A stretch of 64,000 bases of DNA from assembly GCA_033442325.1 (NCBI GenBank), contig JAWQFM010000006.1, positions 39,771 to 103,770 of the forward strand, in the 5' to 3' direction. The notes under the pieces were generated by a model that saw nothing but the letters and a program-made list of their open reading frames with translations, was not told the origin of the DNA and did not search any database. Positions 14,741-38,010 of this stretch are shown here, in pieces (the stretch's first letter is position 1; each line of letters opens with the position of its first letter). This stretch comes from Salpingoeca rosetta. Taxonomy: Eukaryota; Protista; Choanoflagellata. The position numbers and the translations under genes were made by a program.

Positions 14741-14967
14741 ACACGCAATCACGCCACGCTCTAACGTGCGCTCATCTCCATCATATTCATCAAATTCAAC
14801 AACAACGACGACGACGACGACAACAACAACAACAGAAGCTGCAGGACACGCCGTTTAAGGTTGTGATTCCCGTGGCGAAAGACACGCGGGGCGGCCGAGG
14901 CGTTGGCGGGAAGCAGCGCGGCGGGAAGCAGCGGTCACGTCGCTACGACCAACACGACCGCCGCTGA
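10534..14967 (+). CDS. DUF2433-type calcineurin-like metallophosphoesterase-fold protein with low-complexity N-terminus and C-terminal RRM + RGG tail
   Basis: Spliced LLVADPNGDLQSIN..VIVVGNLGFYD..VPVFAVYGNRGDVKVIDKLVSGEYKVPNL..VRLFGLGG..LFDAG..GMWTTFIQAGELIDLA..TRVLITFDSP resembles fungal DUF2433 proteins (recalled). C-terminal VTEDDVRAVFSDL..VKVHFSTPQFAQQAV..LQDTPFKV is RRM-like, followed by RGG repeats. PolyQ/Ser-rich exon 1. Confidence 0.75.
13118..13410 (+). repeat. Long intronic (CATA)n tetranucleotide microsatellite
   Basis: About 290 bp, largely perfect CATA units, in a DUF2433-gene intron. Confidence 0.95.
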
Positions 14968-15284
14968 CAAACACAATTCCCTCCTTCTCCTCCTCATGCA
15001 TACTTTGGGACAGTGCTTTTTAGTGTGTGTGTGTGTGTGTGTGTTTGAACGAATTGTGCGTTTCCACTTGTGCGTCAAGTCTGACCTTCTCTCGAATATC
15101 CATCACGTGTGTTGCTCGTGTTTGTGATAATGCTGTTATGTTTGGTTGGTGTGTCTTTGGCAGTGTTGCTTGCAAGCATTCCTTACATTGCCAAATCTGG
15201 CGGTGTATTAACACTGACAGTACAGGTCATTCTCTTCTTGCAAACAAAACACGCACCGAATGTGTATGTGCGTATGATTGTCGG

Positions 15285-15859
15285 TCATGTGAGTGCTTCC
15301 AGCACGTTAACAAGCACCTTTGACACATCTTGTTTCTGCGCTGCCTCGCTCATGAGCGTGTCCTGTGCACAGAACAAAGCAACCAACCGCACACATGTCG
15401 GTGAGTGGCCCAGGCGTTCCCGCATGACACGCACGCACACCGGCAACCAGGCATCACGTCATTAATCCACCAGGCACGCCCATTCCACCACCACAATCAA
15501 CATGACCAACCATGAAAGGCAGGAGGACGTGGCGTGCGGACTGGACGCGTGAGATGTTCCTCAGCACGAGCGCAGCGGCAAATCGGACGCCCTGGCCAAC
15601 GACAGAGTCGCAGGGGTGGTCCTGTGCCCACGTGCTGCCGTGCCACGCCCGCCCGTTCTCCCGCGCCATCTCAGCACGGTCCCGCTGGGGGGGGGGGGTG
15701 GCAACGCAAGGGGGTTGGTTGGTTGGTTGGTTGGTTGGTTGGTTGGTTGGTTGGTGTGTGAGCAACCGCGAATAATTCTCAGGAGGGTTGGAGTGAGAGA
15801 TAAGGGCAGTGAGCCGCCTTGGTACAAGAGAAATTACAGACACACACTGACACACAGAC

Positions 15860-15933
<74 letters not shown>

Positions 15934-16582
15934 CTGCTTCTTGACGTCCTTGCGGGCAGCAAAGGAAGGGACGTATGCGGAGGCCTTGAGCTTGTCTGTG
16001 GCATGAAGGCGCGCGCGAGATTTGGAGGCGCGTGAGGCTGGCGGCTTTGGTGTTGGTTTGGCGACTGTTGAGGACCGGCGTGGCGGCGGGAGACTGAAGG
16101 AGCTGGTGCTTGCGCGCTCATGCAATTTCTGCATTGGCATTGCATCGTGCAACTGGGGCGACGCAGCTCGGTTGATGTCCTGTGGAACATGACGCGTTGT
16201 GCAGGGAGCAGCATGATGCGAGCACGGTTGAGGAACGTGGTGGGGTTGGGACGGGCAAGCATTGCGTAGACGAGATATGTCACACGAAAAGGCAGGCTGT
16301 GCAAGGTGCGTGGCGGGGGGTTTCTTCAGGCGAGCTGCAGCAGACAGACCGGGTCATTGCTCGGTGTCCATGGGATGTTGTTGATGTGCGAGTACATGTG
16401 CATAATTGCCTGTGTTCGCTTGCCAGCGCGGCCGCAGTTGTTCCACATGCACACTTGACTGTGGCGAGAGAGAATGGCGACAAGTGGTGGCGTAAGTTGT
16501 GGACAAAGGTACGCACAGCGCCAAACCATGCAGCGAGTGAAACAAGAGCAAAAAACAAAGGCCACAAGCACATGTCGACACG

Positions 16583-16650
<68 letters not shown>

Positions 16651-16678
16651 CACACGCGCACACACACACACACAGGCA

Positions 16679-16725
<47 letters not shown>

Positions 16726-17630
16726 GCGTACCCTTCGCCGATGTCTGGCGTGTGGCGGCGCGAGATGTGCGCAACCAGCTGGCGCATGGTCGGGTAGGCG
16801 CGCTTACACCCGGTCCACTCGCACTTGAGGACGTGGTTCGGGTTGTGCACGTCGAGGTAGACGTGCTCCAGGAACTGGCGATCAATCGTGGGGAAGGTCT
16901 GCTCCGTCCACAGGTCTGGTCCTGACGTTGTACAAACAGCACAGCCAAGCGGATGGCCCGGCAAAACAGGCGGTGAGAATTGAATGCTGTGGGTATTTGT
17001 CAGGCGCGATTATCAGGACAACGCATAGAAAACCAAAACATGCGGTGGAAACACCCACACCCACCCACACACACACCCACACACACCCACACACACACAC
17101 ACACACACACATCCACACACACCCACACACCCACACACCCACACACACAGCCGCACGTTCAGGGGAGAGGAGGCATTCTGGGGAGCTGAGGAGATGGTAG
17201 AACACGGAGATTGCGTGCTTGTAGAGTTTTGTGCAGTCCGGGTTTGGACACTTGACGCCGTGGCCGAGGTCCGATGCCCTGGCAGCGATGCAATTGAATC
17301 ATGTCATGCCATGTTGCAGCACATGCACGCACAACACAACGGTGAGCGGGTTACTGTGGCTGGCGGAGGCGACAAAGGGGCACAATCGGATGAATGAATG
17401 ATGGCACGGAGACAGACGGCGTTTGCTGTCGCACCTGACGTAGCGCGTGTACTTGCGGACATGTCGACGACCTGCAAATAGGAGCGCAAACACAGGAGCG
17501 CAAAGCAGCAAACGCGGTAGGTGAGGTACAATTGGTGGCAGGGCAAGTCCAGCACATTGAAATGCCACGTACCTCACACGATGAATTACATACACACACA
17601 CAGAGGCGCGCACACACACACACACAGAGG

Positions 17631-17692
<62 letters not shown>

Positions 17693-18821
17693 CACACACA
17701 CACACACACGCACCCCCCCCCCCCCACGCGTGTGCGTACGTACCATCGAATACGGAAGGATCAAAGGGGGTGCCTGGTGTAGAGGGTGTGCGGGTTGCGC
17801 CCATGTGTGCATGCGGGGTCGGTGGGCCGTCCTGACCTCCATCACCACCGCCGTCCGTCTGTGGCAGTTTCGTCGACAACAGCGCAATGGCCGCGGGCGT
17901 CAGTGCGCTGGATGCTGCTGTGGTGGTTGATGCCGGTGGTGCTGTCTCCTGGTCACCTTCACCCGGCCCCATCGCCTTGCCACGCTGCTGGTCATCCACT
18001 CTTTCCTTCTGCCCCTCCAACTGTTGCTGCTGTGGCGCTGGGTTCGCGTCTGCTTCGCTGCTGGATAACGCCTCAGCACTCGATCCCTGTGCATCGTGGA
18101 CGTCTGCTGCACCGTCCTCGCGGCGGCTGCCTTCCTCCACCTGCCCCCCTGCCTCGGCGGTCTCATCACGTGTTTCGTCCATGGCCGTTACATCTGCTGC
18201 TGTGCCACCACTATTGCCGTGCTGCTGCTCTGTTTCAGGTGCTGGAGGTACAGTTGCCGCCACGCTCTTGCCTGGTTGCTTGCTCGGGGCAGTTTCACCC
18301 TCCTCTGTCGTTGCCTCTTCGTGCTGCTTCGGTTCGCCCTGGCCCGCTTGCTGCTGACCCACAGCACCTGACGTCTCTCCATCCCCACCATCACCTGCAC
18401 CTGCACCTGCGCCTCTCGTGTGCGTTCCCGCTCCCTGCTGTTCCGCTGCTGTGGGCGGCGGCGGCGGATTGCGCAATCGGTCCTCTGCAATTACTGGCAG
18501 CGGCACAGACAACTTCAGCATGTTTCTTGGCTGGGAGGGCGTGTAGAGGGGGGGGGGAGGGGGCGCAGGCATGCCATGGATATGTGAGCACCATCGGAGG
18601 GGGCCAAGACGGTGGGTGCAGAGCACGTTGAAGTCGTGGCAAGCACACAGAAGGAGGAGTGAAAGCGGGAAATGACACCAGCAACACACGCACGCATGTA
18701 TGGCTGCATGCAATTGCGTATCCACACAGAGAGACGCAGACAGACAGACAGACACACACACACACACACACAGACACAGACAGAGAATGACGACAGAGGG
18801 AGAGGCAGTGACAGACGCACG

Positions 18822-18859
<38 letters not shown>

Positions 18860-19348
18860 AACACACACACACACAGACAGACACGGACACACACGCAGGT
18901 GACTGACAGGCGGGGGAATGCGTGTTCGCTGGGCAATTGCGGTGTAGATGGTGGAGAGGCCCAGGGATGCAGTGGTGATGCAGCCGCACTTGGGAAAGGT
19001 CTTGCGCACCAGACAGCCAAACACGCGCTGCGACAGCGGAATCAAGCCGTACTCTGGCAACAACACAGAGACACATGGAGCATGTAAGCACGAGCGCACA
19101 ACGAATACAGGGAGTTGAGAGAAGGCGTGTGTGTGTGTGTGTGTGTGTTTGTGTGTCGCCAAAGAGACGACAGTTGGGCTGCAACAAGGTCGATGCAAGA
19201 GCCACGCGTGCACCTTGGCAGTGGGCCATGTATCGTGTGTACATATCGGATCGCTTGATGGCGGAGGAGTGGTCGTTGGTGAACTTGAAGCACTTGGACA
19301 GCCTGTCAAGTCAAGACAAACACGTATGCGTACACGAACGTACGTCAA

Positions 19349-19388
<40 letters not shown>

Positions 19389-19650
19389 GGCTCGGTGCAA
19401 ACGCGGGTGCTACAACCATGAATCAGTGCGAGGTGCTCACCACTGGCATGTCAGCGGTTCCATGACGGCGAGCGGAAGTTCAAGCGCCTCCACATCCGAA
19501 TCACAACACAGCAACTCGTTCAGCCCGGGCCAGACTGCACGCGTGTCGTGTACGTGTGAATCCATGCGTGTGCCCGTATGCATGGGTGTTTATATGAACG
19601 TGTTTTCATGCGTTTCAGGCAGTGCGTGCGTGCACATGTGCATATGCACT

Positions 19651-19682
<32 letters not shown>

Positions 19683-20516
19683 AAGGCTTGTTCGTGCGCG
19701 CGAGACAATGCATGTTTGTGGAACAATGGCAGCGCGTGCGTTGGAGACCGCGACCTCAACCACTTCTACTCACTGTCGAAGAAGGAGACGGGCCGGGCGC
19801 CGGTATCAACGCCGTCGTCGTTAAGCAGCGGCGCCGCCTCTGTCAAGTGGTGGTGGTGGTGGTGGTGGTGGTGGTGGTGGTGGGCAAGGAGGACAAAGGG
19901 GGCTCGGTGTTGCAGGACTTGCTGCACCACGTACGTACGCACGTAGGTACAAGTTCATACGTGGGGCGAACAAGATGCGTGATGGCACGCACCTCTGTCC
20001 ATCCATCTGTCTGGTGCAAAGGAGACGAGGGGGACGATGGAGGGCACAAAGCCAGGCAGCTTGACAATTCTCTCCACCATCTCGGAGTGGAGCGTCATCT
20101 GGTAGAAGAACTCAAGCACAACAAGCAGCACCTGCGCATCGTGCAACAACAGGTACTGCTGCGCCACCGCCATCACCTCCATATCTTGGCAAGCAGCGCA
20201 AGCGGAGGCAAGGAAAGAGAAGGAAGGGAAGAGAAGGAGAGTGAGGAAAGGGGCGTGGGGAGGGGGCGGCGGGTCAGGCGGTGATTCTGTGTGTTGGTGT
20301 GCGCGTCTGTGTGTGTGTGCGCGCGTCTGTATCTGTCTGTCTGTCTGTCTGTCTGTCTCCATCTCCATTTCCATATCCGCCTCTCTCTCTCTGTCTCTCT
20401 CTGTCTCTGTCTCTCTCTGTCTCACTCACTTACTCACACACACACACACTCTCTCCCTCCCTCCCTCCCTCTCACTCACTTACTCACACACACACACACA
20501 CTCTCTCTCCCTCCCT

Positions 20517-20594
<78 letters not shown>

Positions 20595-21499
20595 CACAAA
20601 CACACAAACACACAAACACAAACACAAACCCTCCCCTCTCTCGGTGTGGCGATGCATACCGATGGTGCGAATCCAGGGGAGGTTTTCCCGGGCGGAGTTG
20701 AACTTGGAAAGGGTGGTGATGGCACTGACGAGGAGGTTGCGGTCTGACGAACGAACGAGCTTCAGCAGCACATCCCACAGGCACTTGTGCTCCACACTCT
20801 TATTTGACAGCTGTGGCAGTTGTTGATGTCATGCGTTGGGCAGTGTCAACCCCATCAAGGGAGCGGGGAGGATGGAAGGAGGTCGAAGAGTACACGAGGA
20901 AGGGGGCGGGTGCACTCACACATTGGTTGATTCGGTGTGCGAAAGAAACAGAGAAACGCATCAGGGCACACAGAGACACAGTCACCCAAAAGCAAGACAC
21001 AAGAAAAACAAGCACACATGACAAAAGTCAACAAGACGCGTGTGATCACACCTCAATTTGGGCGGCAAGAGCGGCGAGGACGTCGAGGGCGCACTCCTGC
21101 AGGAAGATACGGTGCTTCCACACCATGTGCAGCAGCGTCAGCCGCACGGGCGTGATGAACTTGGCTGCGCGCCCAGCAACCACACTGCGTTGTGTTGTGT
21201 GTGTGTTGCGTTAGAGTATTGTGTTGTGTTGTGTTTTGTTGTGTTGTGTTGTGTTGTGTGCGTGTTTGGCAGAGGCTCTCGTGGCAGCAGACCAAGTAGG
21301 ACTTCATCTACCGCATTAACCCTATGTTACTGATACACCAACAGACAAATCAGCAACTCACCAGCGCGCAATCAGGGTTATGACGGCCGGATGAGTGGCC
21401 AAAACCTCGGATGCCTGAGACCAAAAGGCGAAAAATGTGTTTGCATGTTGTACGTGTGTTATTTGATGTTTTGTTGTGTTGTGTGTTGCGTGTGCGTTT

Positions 21500-21581
<82 letters not shown>

Positions 21582-22141
21582 TGTGTGAGCGGGGCGCACG
21601 TGTTCCACAATGTCAGTGAGCATGCAGTTGTGAACCAGCAGCCAGATGGAGCGCGTAGACACGGGCTAATGACGGTGGTGCTGGTATTGGCGGGCATGTG
21701 TTGCAGGATGCGCTGTACCCGTGTGAGGGCGACGTTGCGGAGGATGTTCAAGACTTGAACCAGGCGCAGCGCCTTGAGCTCGAGGTCATCCACGCGGGCA
21801 GTTGTTGCATCGGCGGTGGCGTAAGGGTTGAAGAACCGCAGGTTTGGGTGGTCCTTTCCCGGGTTACACAGATCCTCTGCGGTCTCATCGTCGGTTCCAG
21901 CTTCCAGCAAGCGCGCCACTTCATCGGAGGTTGTGAAAAACTCCACTTGCGCCAACAACAGGTCCACCACATGGCCCACCTGCGTCCGCGCGTGGATGCG
22001 TGTGCACACGCGTAAATGTGCGTGTGAGAGCATGAAAAAGGGACACAAATCAACCCATACACACATACATGCACACCCACAACAACAACACACACACACA
22101 CACATGACAACATGTACACACACACACACACATGACAACAT

Positions 22142-22182
<41 letters not shown>

Positions 22183-22430
22183 ACACACAAACGACACACA
22201 AATGACAACATGCGCGCCAAATCGAATCCGTGCCACTGCACCTGATCGACGTTGATGCCGGCGTAGGAGACGGTGTGAAGGATTTTGAAGGCGCGATCCA
22301 CTGCATTTGGCAGTCCACTCTGCAAACATGCCACCGCCTCCCTGATGCTCTCTGTCCGTCCTTTGCCAAGCACGACGGACACCTTTGGCCCCCTCTCCTG
22401 CGCCACCGCTCCAGTTGTTGTCGGTGGCAT
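15285..22430 (-). CDS. ARID2: ARID2/BAF200/Rsc9-like PBAF chromatin-remodelling subunit (ARM region, RFX-type winged helix, C2H2 fingers), apparently without ARID domain
   Basis: [30 protein letters not shown], winged helix [42 protein letters not shown] (~18907-19303), fingers [24 protein letters not shown] and CMWNNC..HMYSH, C-terminal [38 protein letters not shown]. Confidence 0.8.
20330..20590 (+). repeat. (CTGT)n/(CT)n microsatellite in an ARID2-like intron
   Basis: Directly visible. Confidence 0.9.
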
Positions 22431-22563
22431 CTTGGCTGTTGGCTGGCTGCTGGCTGTTGCTTTGTGTGTGTGCTGCGCGCTTTCCCGCCCGAAGTGCTGC
22501 CGCTGTCACTACACTTTGTGGTGTCTATTTACAGCCGCGCAGGATTCGAAACGGACAACGGAA
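22431..22563. promoter_or_regulatory. Bidirectional promoter ARID2-like/RAD54 with E2F-type site TTTCCCGC (22481-22488)
   Basis: 133 bp between divergent ATGs; exact match to the E2F consensus TTTSSCGC. Confidence 0.55.
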
Positions 22564-29094
<6,531 letters not shown>

Positions 29095-29664
29095 ACTGAA
29101 GCACTGAAATGTATGAGCAGTGGCACCAAGCTTCCTTCTATACTCTCGCAAAACACGTGCTTTGATGGCTAAATGATTGCTTGACTAACTTGGCGTGTTC
29201 GTGCTGTGCTGTTGTGGCATGGCGTTGTGGTTGTTTCCGGCTCATAAGTAATGGATGATTTGGTGGAATACGGGGGTTTGATGTCAGTTTGCGTGGACGT
29301 CACGTGTACTTCACTGCAACTCGGCAATCAGATACATCCACAAACCACCCGAAGCGCATCAGCCTTCCACGCACACAACATGAATATTGCAATCCAATGA
29401 ATCCTACACAGGCACGAAAGTAATCACACACGCACGCACACACGCACACAACTCACACATGCACACGCACTCACACAACTCACACACACACACACACACA
29501 CACACCTCACACAACATGCGCAAGCAATCACACATGCACATACACAAGACACAAAATCAAGTGCACAAGAATGCGAGCCAGCAAGACCTATCAGCGACAC
29601 AAATTTGACATAGCGAGTGCAGCGACGCGCCGTGTTCGCGTACGGGCACTCTTGGCCAGCGCGT

Positions 29665-34802
<5,138 letters not shown>

Positions 34803-34991
34803 GGTCGTTTGTTTGTTTGTTGTTGTTTGCGCGACTGCGTTCCAAGGTCAACAACCCACGTGGTGGCTGCTTTGGGGTGGTGGTCTTCGTTTGAGTTGTG
34901 TGCGCAGTGGTGGTTGCTTTGTTTGTGGCGCTTTCCCAAGTGGGATGTTTGGTTGAAGATTTGATTTGATTTTCTTGTATCCTGCGGCAGC
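34803..34991. promoter_or_regulatory. Bidirectional promoter GMPS/GT61 with E-box CACGTG (34857-34862)
   Basis: 189 bp between divergent ATGs; CCCACGTGG. Confidence 0.5.
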
Positions 34992-37415
34992 ATGAGTAGT
35001 AGTGGCAGTGGCGAGGCTGCTGGTGTGGGAATGCGAGGGCTGCGGCGGTGGTGCGGGTGTGTTGGCTTGTTCGTTGGGCTTGTGGCAGTGGTGTTGTTCC
35101 TGCTGCTCCGACCCTCAACGCGAGGCCTCGCCACAGACCTCAGGCCTAGCAGCGGCGGCAGCAACACCAACGCACGACCCCTCATCATAAACAACCACGC
35201 GCCTCAGCTGTTCACTGTCGCAGAAGGACACGAGGCCCAGGGAAAGAACCTGAACAGCAACGAGGAAAGAGCAAAGGCAGCGCTCCAACCAACAACCAGC
35301 GATGGCCGCACCAACGACGACGCACACCGAGGCAAGGCGAGCGTGCAGGCAACACAGAAACCTCCCCACTCTCCCTCACAGGCACCACACCCGCCGTCAG
35401 GACCCCAGCCACCGTCTTGGGACGGGACAAGAGAAGATGCGCCGCAAGTACAGCCGCTTGGCCCAGCAGCATCCCAACAGCAGGAAGTTACATCAACACA
35501 GCAGCCCGGCGCGGACGCTGAGCCCGTGCCATACCAGCCCAGCGACAGCGCCGTGGTTAGAGATGTTGGGCCTGGTTGCGCAACAAGCCTGCAGGCAAGC
35601 GCCTGTCCGGCAGACTTGTATGCTCCCACCACGCCAGAAGTGTGCCGGCCTGGGGAGCCAACGCCCGTGAAGGTGGCCGAGTGCGAGCTCAATCCCATAG
35701 AGACGCTGACGCACGTCGAGCCCGCACACCTGTGGTACCTGCACGTGCCCGGGAACCCAACGCTGATCCAGCCCTTGGTCTGGAGTCGCACCACGAGCAA
35801 TGACAGTGACGGCGCTGAGGGGGGCCCTGACCAGGGCAACGCGCCCCCAGCAAGCAGCTTGGACACGGCCAACACCAACAACAGCAATCAGGGCGGTCAA
35901 CGTGACGGCGGTGCCTTGCAGCCGCTGGACGACTTTAGGCCATGGCCGGCCCCAGCCGTGGTGGTGCTGGGGTTTCTCGCCAGCATGAGCGCGGCGGACA
36001 CAGCCAGCACCCAGAACACCGCGACCGCGGAGACCAGGACAAGCGGTGCCGCTTCAAGCTCCGGCGCTCCAACCACAGACTACGCAGCAACACTGCCTGG
36101 CCTCTACTTTGTTGATGGCCGTAACGGTGCGGTGTTCAATGCCACGCACGCGTTTACAAACAAGCGGTGGCACCGCGTGCCCTCGGAGCGGGCTGTGCAG
36201 TCTGCACTGCAGCCCCAGGAGCTTGGCGGCGCTTGTGTCGCCCGCACCAGGGGCACGAAGCAACCGCATACCGGGGAGAAAGGTGGCGGCCGGAGCGTGC
36301 ATGTGCATGGTCTGCTGGTGGACTTGGTCATTGTATGGGGCGAGACGTTTCAACACACGGTGCTCGACGTGCTGCCCCGGCTCGCAGCATTTCTGCAATG
36401 GCTCAAGACTGATGCAACCACCACCACCACCACCAGCGGCAGCAGCAGCCAAGAGGACAAAGGCAATGTTGGGGTGCAGCAGATGCATGACAGCGATGGA
36501 CTGCGGGAAGCGGTGTTGAGTGGGAAGGTGCAGGTGACGCTGCTCGTGTGTGCAGGCAGCGACGTCCTGCAGGAAATGCTTGCACGCATCGTGGATGAGC
36601 CCTGGGCGGTTGTTGAGGCCGACCCGAGGCTCACGTACACTGCCGATGCCATTGTGTTCCCGACGCTGGCTGGCCAACAGAAGATTGGTATCATGCCACC
36701 GGGCGTGTTCTGTCCCCTGCTGCGCCAGCTGCAGACGTCGCAACAGCAGCGCGACGAAGACACGCGCAGGCCTGGGCACACGACGCAGACGCCAGGCAGC
36801 CCCAACCTGGCCAACCGTGATGGCAATGGCGACGGCGCAGGCGAGGCGGTGCTGCTGTATCTGAGTCGTGGGGACGCATCGCCGCGCGCGCTTGTGCCGG
36901 CAACAGAGCAGGCACTCATTGAGGGGCTTCAGCAGGTTGTGGAGGCAGCCAACATGCAGGGCATGCAACAGGGCGAACTCAAGGCTAAGGGTGGCGGCGT
37001 TGCTGTTGGGGCAGGAGCGAGGATCAAGTGGCGACTGGAGGTGTGGAACCACACGGCACCGCATGCGTGGCAACGCGATGCAGGTGTGTTTCGAGACGCG
37101 CGCGTGATTGTTGGCCCCCATGGTGGCGCATTTGCCAATCTCCTATTCGCCGGTGGTTCCTCCGCTTCGCAAGCGCAAGGCATGCAGACGCACGTGCTCG
37201 AGTTTATACCGCGTGCAGCGCTGGAGCGGCCGCCTGTTGGGGCGAAGCGAAAGGGTGACGTGCGTCCGTGCTACCTCTCGCTCGCACAGGCGCTCGGGTT
37301 CTCGTATCACCAGGTGGAGCCCACCTCCTTCGACTTCAACAGTCCCGGGCTGGACGTGGATGTGGATGTGGTCATTAACCACGTGCGAACCATCATCTCC
37401 ATGGCCAGCACGTAA
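34992..37415 (+). CDS. Intronless type II membrane glycosyltransferase, GT61/DUF563-like (807 aa)
   Basis: Single 2.4 kb ORF free of microsatellites. N-terminal TM helix (CVGLFVGLVAVVLFLLL), Pro/Gln-rich stem, ETFQHTVLDVLPRL, LLYLSRG, FRDARVIVGPHGGAFANLLF, VLEFIP, YLSLAQALGFSY are typical of GT61/DUF563. Confidence 0.8.
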   Translation: MSSSGSGEAAGVGMRGLRRWCGCVGLFVGLVAVVLFLLLRPSTRGLATDLRPSSGGSNTNARPLIINNHAPQLFTVAEGHEAQGKNLNSNEERAKAALQPTTSDGRTNDDAHRGKASVQATQKPPHSPSQAPHPPSGPQPPSWDGTREDAPQVQPLGPAASQQQEVTSTQQPGADAEPVPYQPSDSAVVRDVGPGCATSLQASACPADLYAPTTPEVCRPGEPTPVKVAECELNPIETLTHVEPAHLWYLHVPGNPTLIQPLVWSRTTSNDSDGAEGGPDQGNAPPASSLDTANTNNSNQGGQRDGGALQPLDDFRPWPAPAVVVLGFLASMSAADTASTQNTATAETRTSGAASSSGAPTTDYAATLPGLYFVDGRNGAVFNATHAFTNKRWHRVPSERAVQSALQPQELGGACVARTRGTKQPHTGEKGGGRSVHVHGLLVDLVIVWGETFQHTVLDVLPRLAAFLQWLKTDATTTTTTSGSSSQEDKGNVGVQQMHDSDGLREAVLSGKVQVTLLVCAGSDVLQEMLARIVDEPWAVVEADPRLTYTADAIVFPTLAGQQKIGIMPPGVFCPLLRQLQTSQQQRDEDTRRPGHTTQTPGSPNLANRDGNGDGAGEAVLLYLSRGDASPRALVPATEQALIEGLQQVVEAANMQGMQQGELKAKGGGVAVGAGARIKWRLEVWNHTAPHAWQRDAGVFRDARVIVGPHGGAFANLLFAGGSSASQAQGMQTHVLEFIPRAALERPPVGAKRKGDVRPCYLSLAQALGFSYHQVEPTSFDFNSPGLDVDVDVVINHVRTIISMAST

Positions 37416-37943
37416 TGCTGCATGTATGTGTATGTGTATGTGTATGTGTGTGCGTATGCGTACGTTTGTATGTATGTGTGTGTTTGTTTGTGTATGTATG
37501 TGTGTGTTTGGTTGTGTATGTATGTGTGTGTGTGTTTGTGTTTGTTTGTTTGTGTGTTTGTGTTTGTTTGTTTGTGTGGGGTGTGTGTGTGTGTGGTGTG
37601 TTTGTTTGTTTGTGTGGTGTGTTTGTGTGCTCTTGGTAGGCAACAGGCACTTTGCCCCATCTCTTCCTCTCCTGACTTGTGTACACATCAACCACTGCCT
37701 CTTCAACCCCCCCCCCCTCTCAAAACATCTCCTTGTCTTGTGTTCTTCTGTCCACTCGTGTCAGCAACAGTAATATCAGCAGCGGCATGGTTCAAGCGTG
37801 TATGTGGTTCAGTTACGTCTGCTGCAAGCCAGGCCAGCTGGCTACGGGTCTCAAATAAACCCGCATGTGCATGCATGCATGCATGCAAGGTGTGCGATGA
37901 CAAGAAAACAGATGTGCGAGAAGCGCTAACGGCCAAAGATCTA

Positions 37944-37981
<38 letters not shown>

Positions 37982-38010
37982 ATCAGCATCAGCGTCGGCA
38001 GCAATACAGT

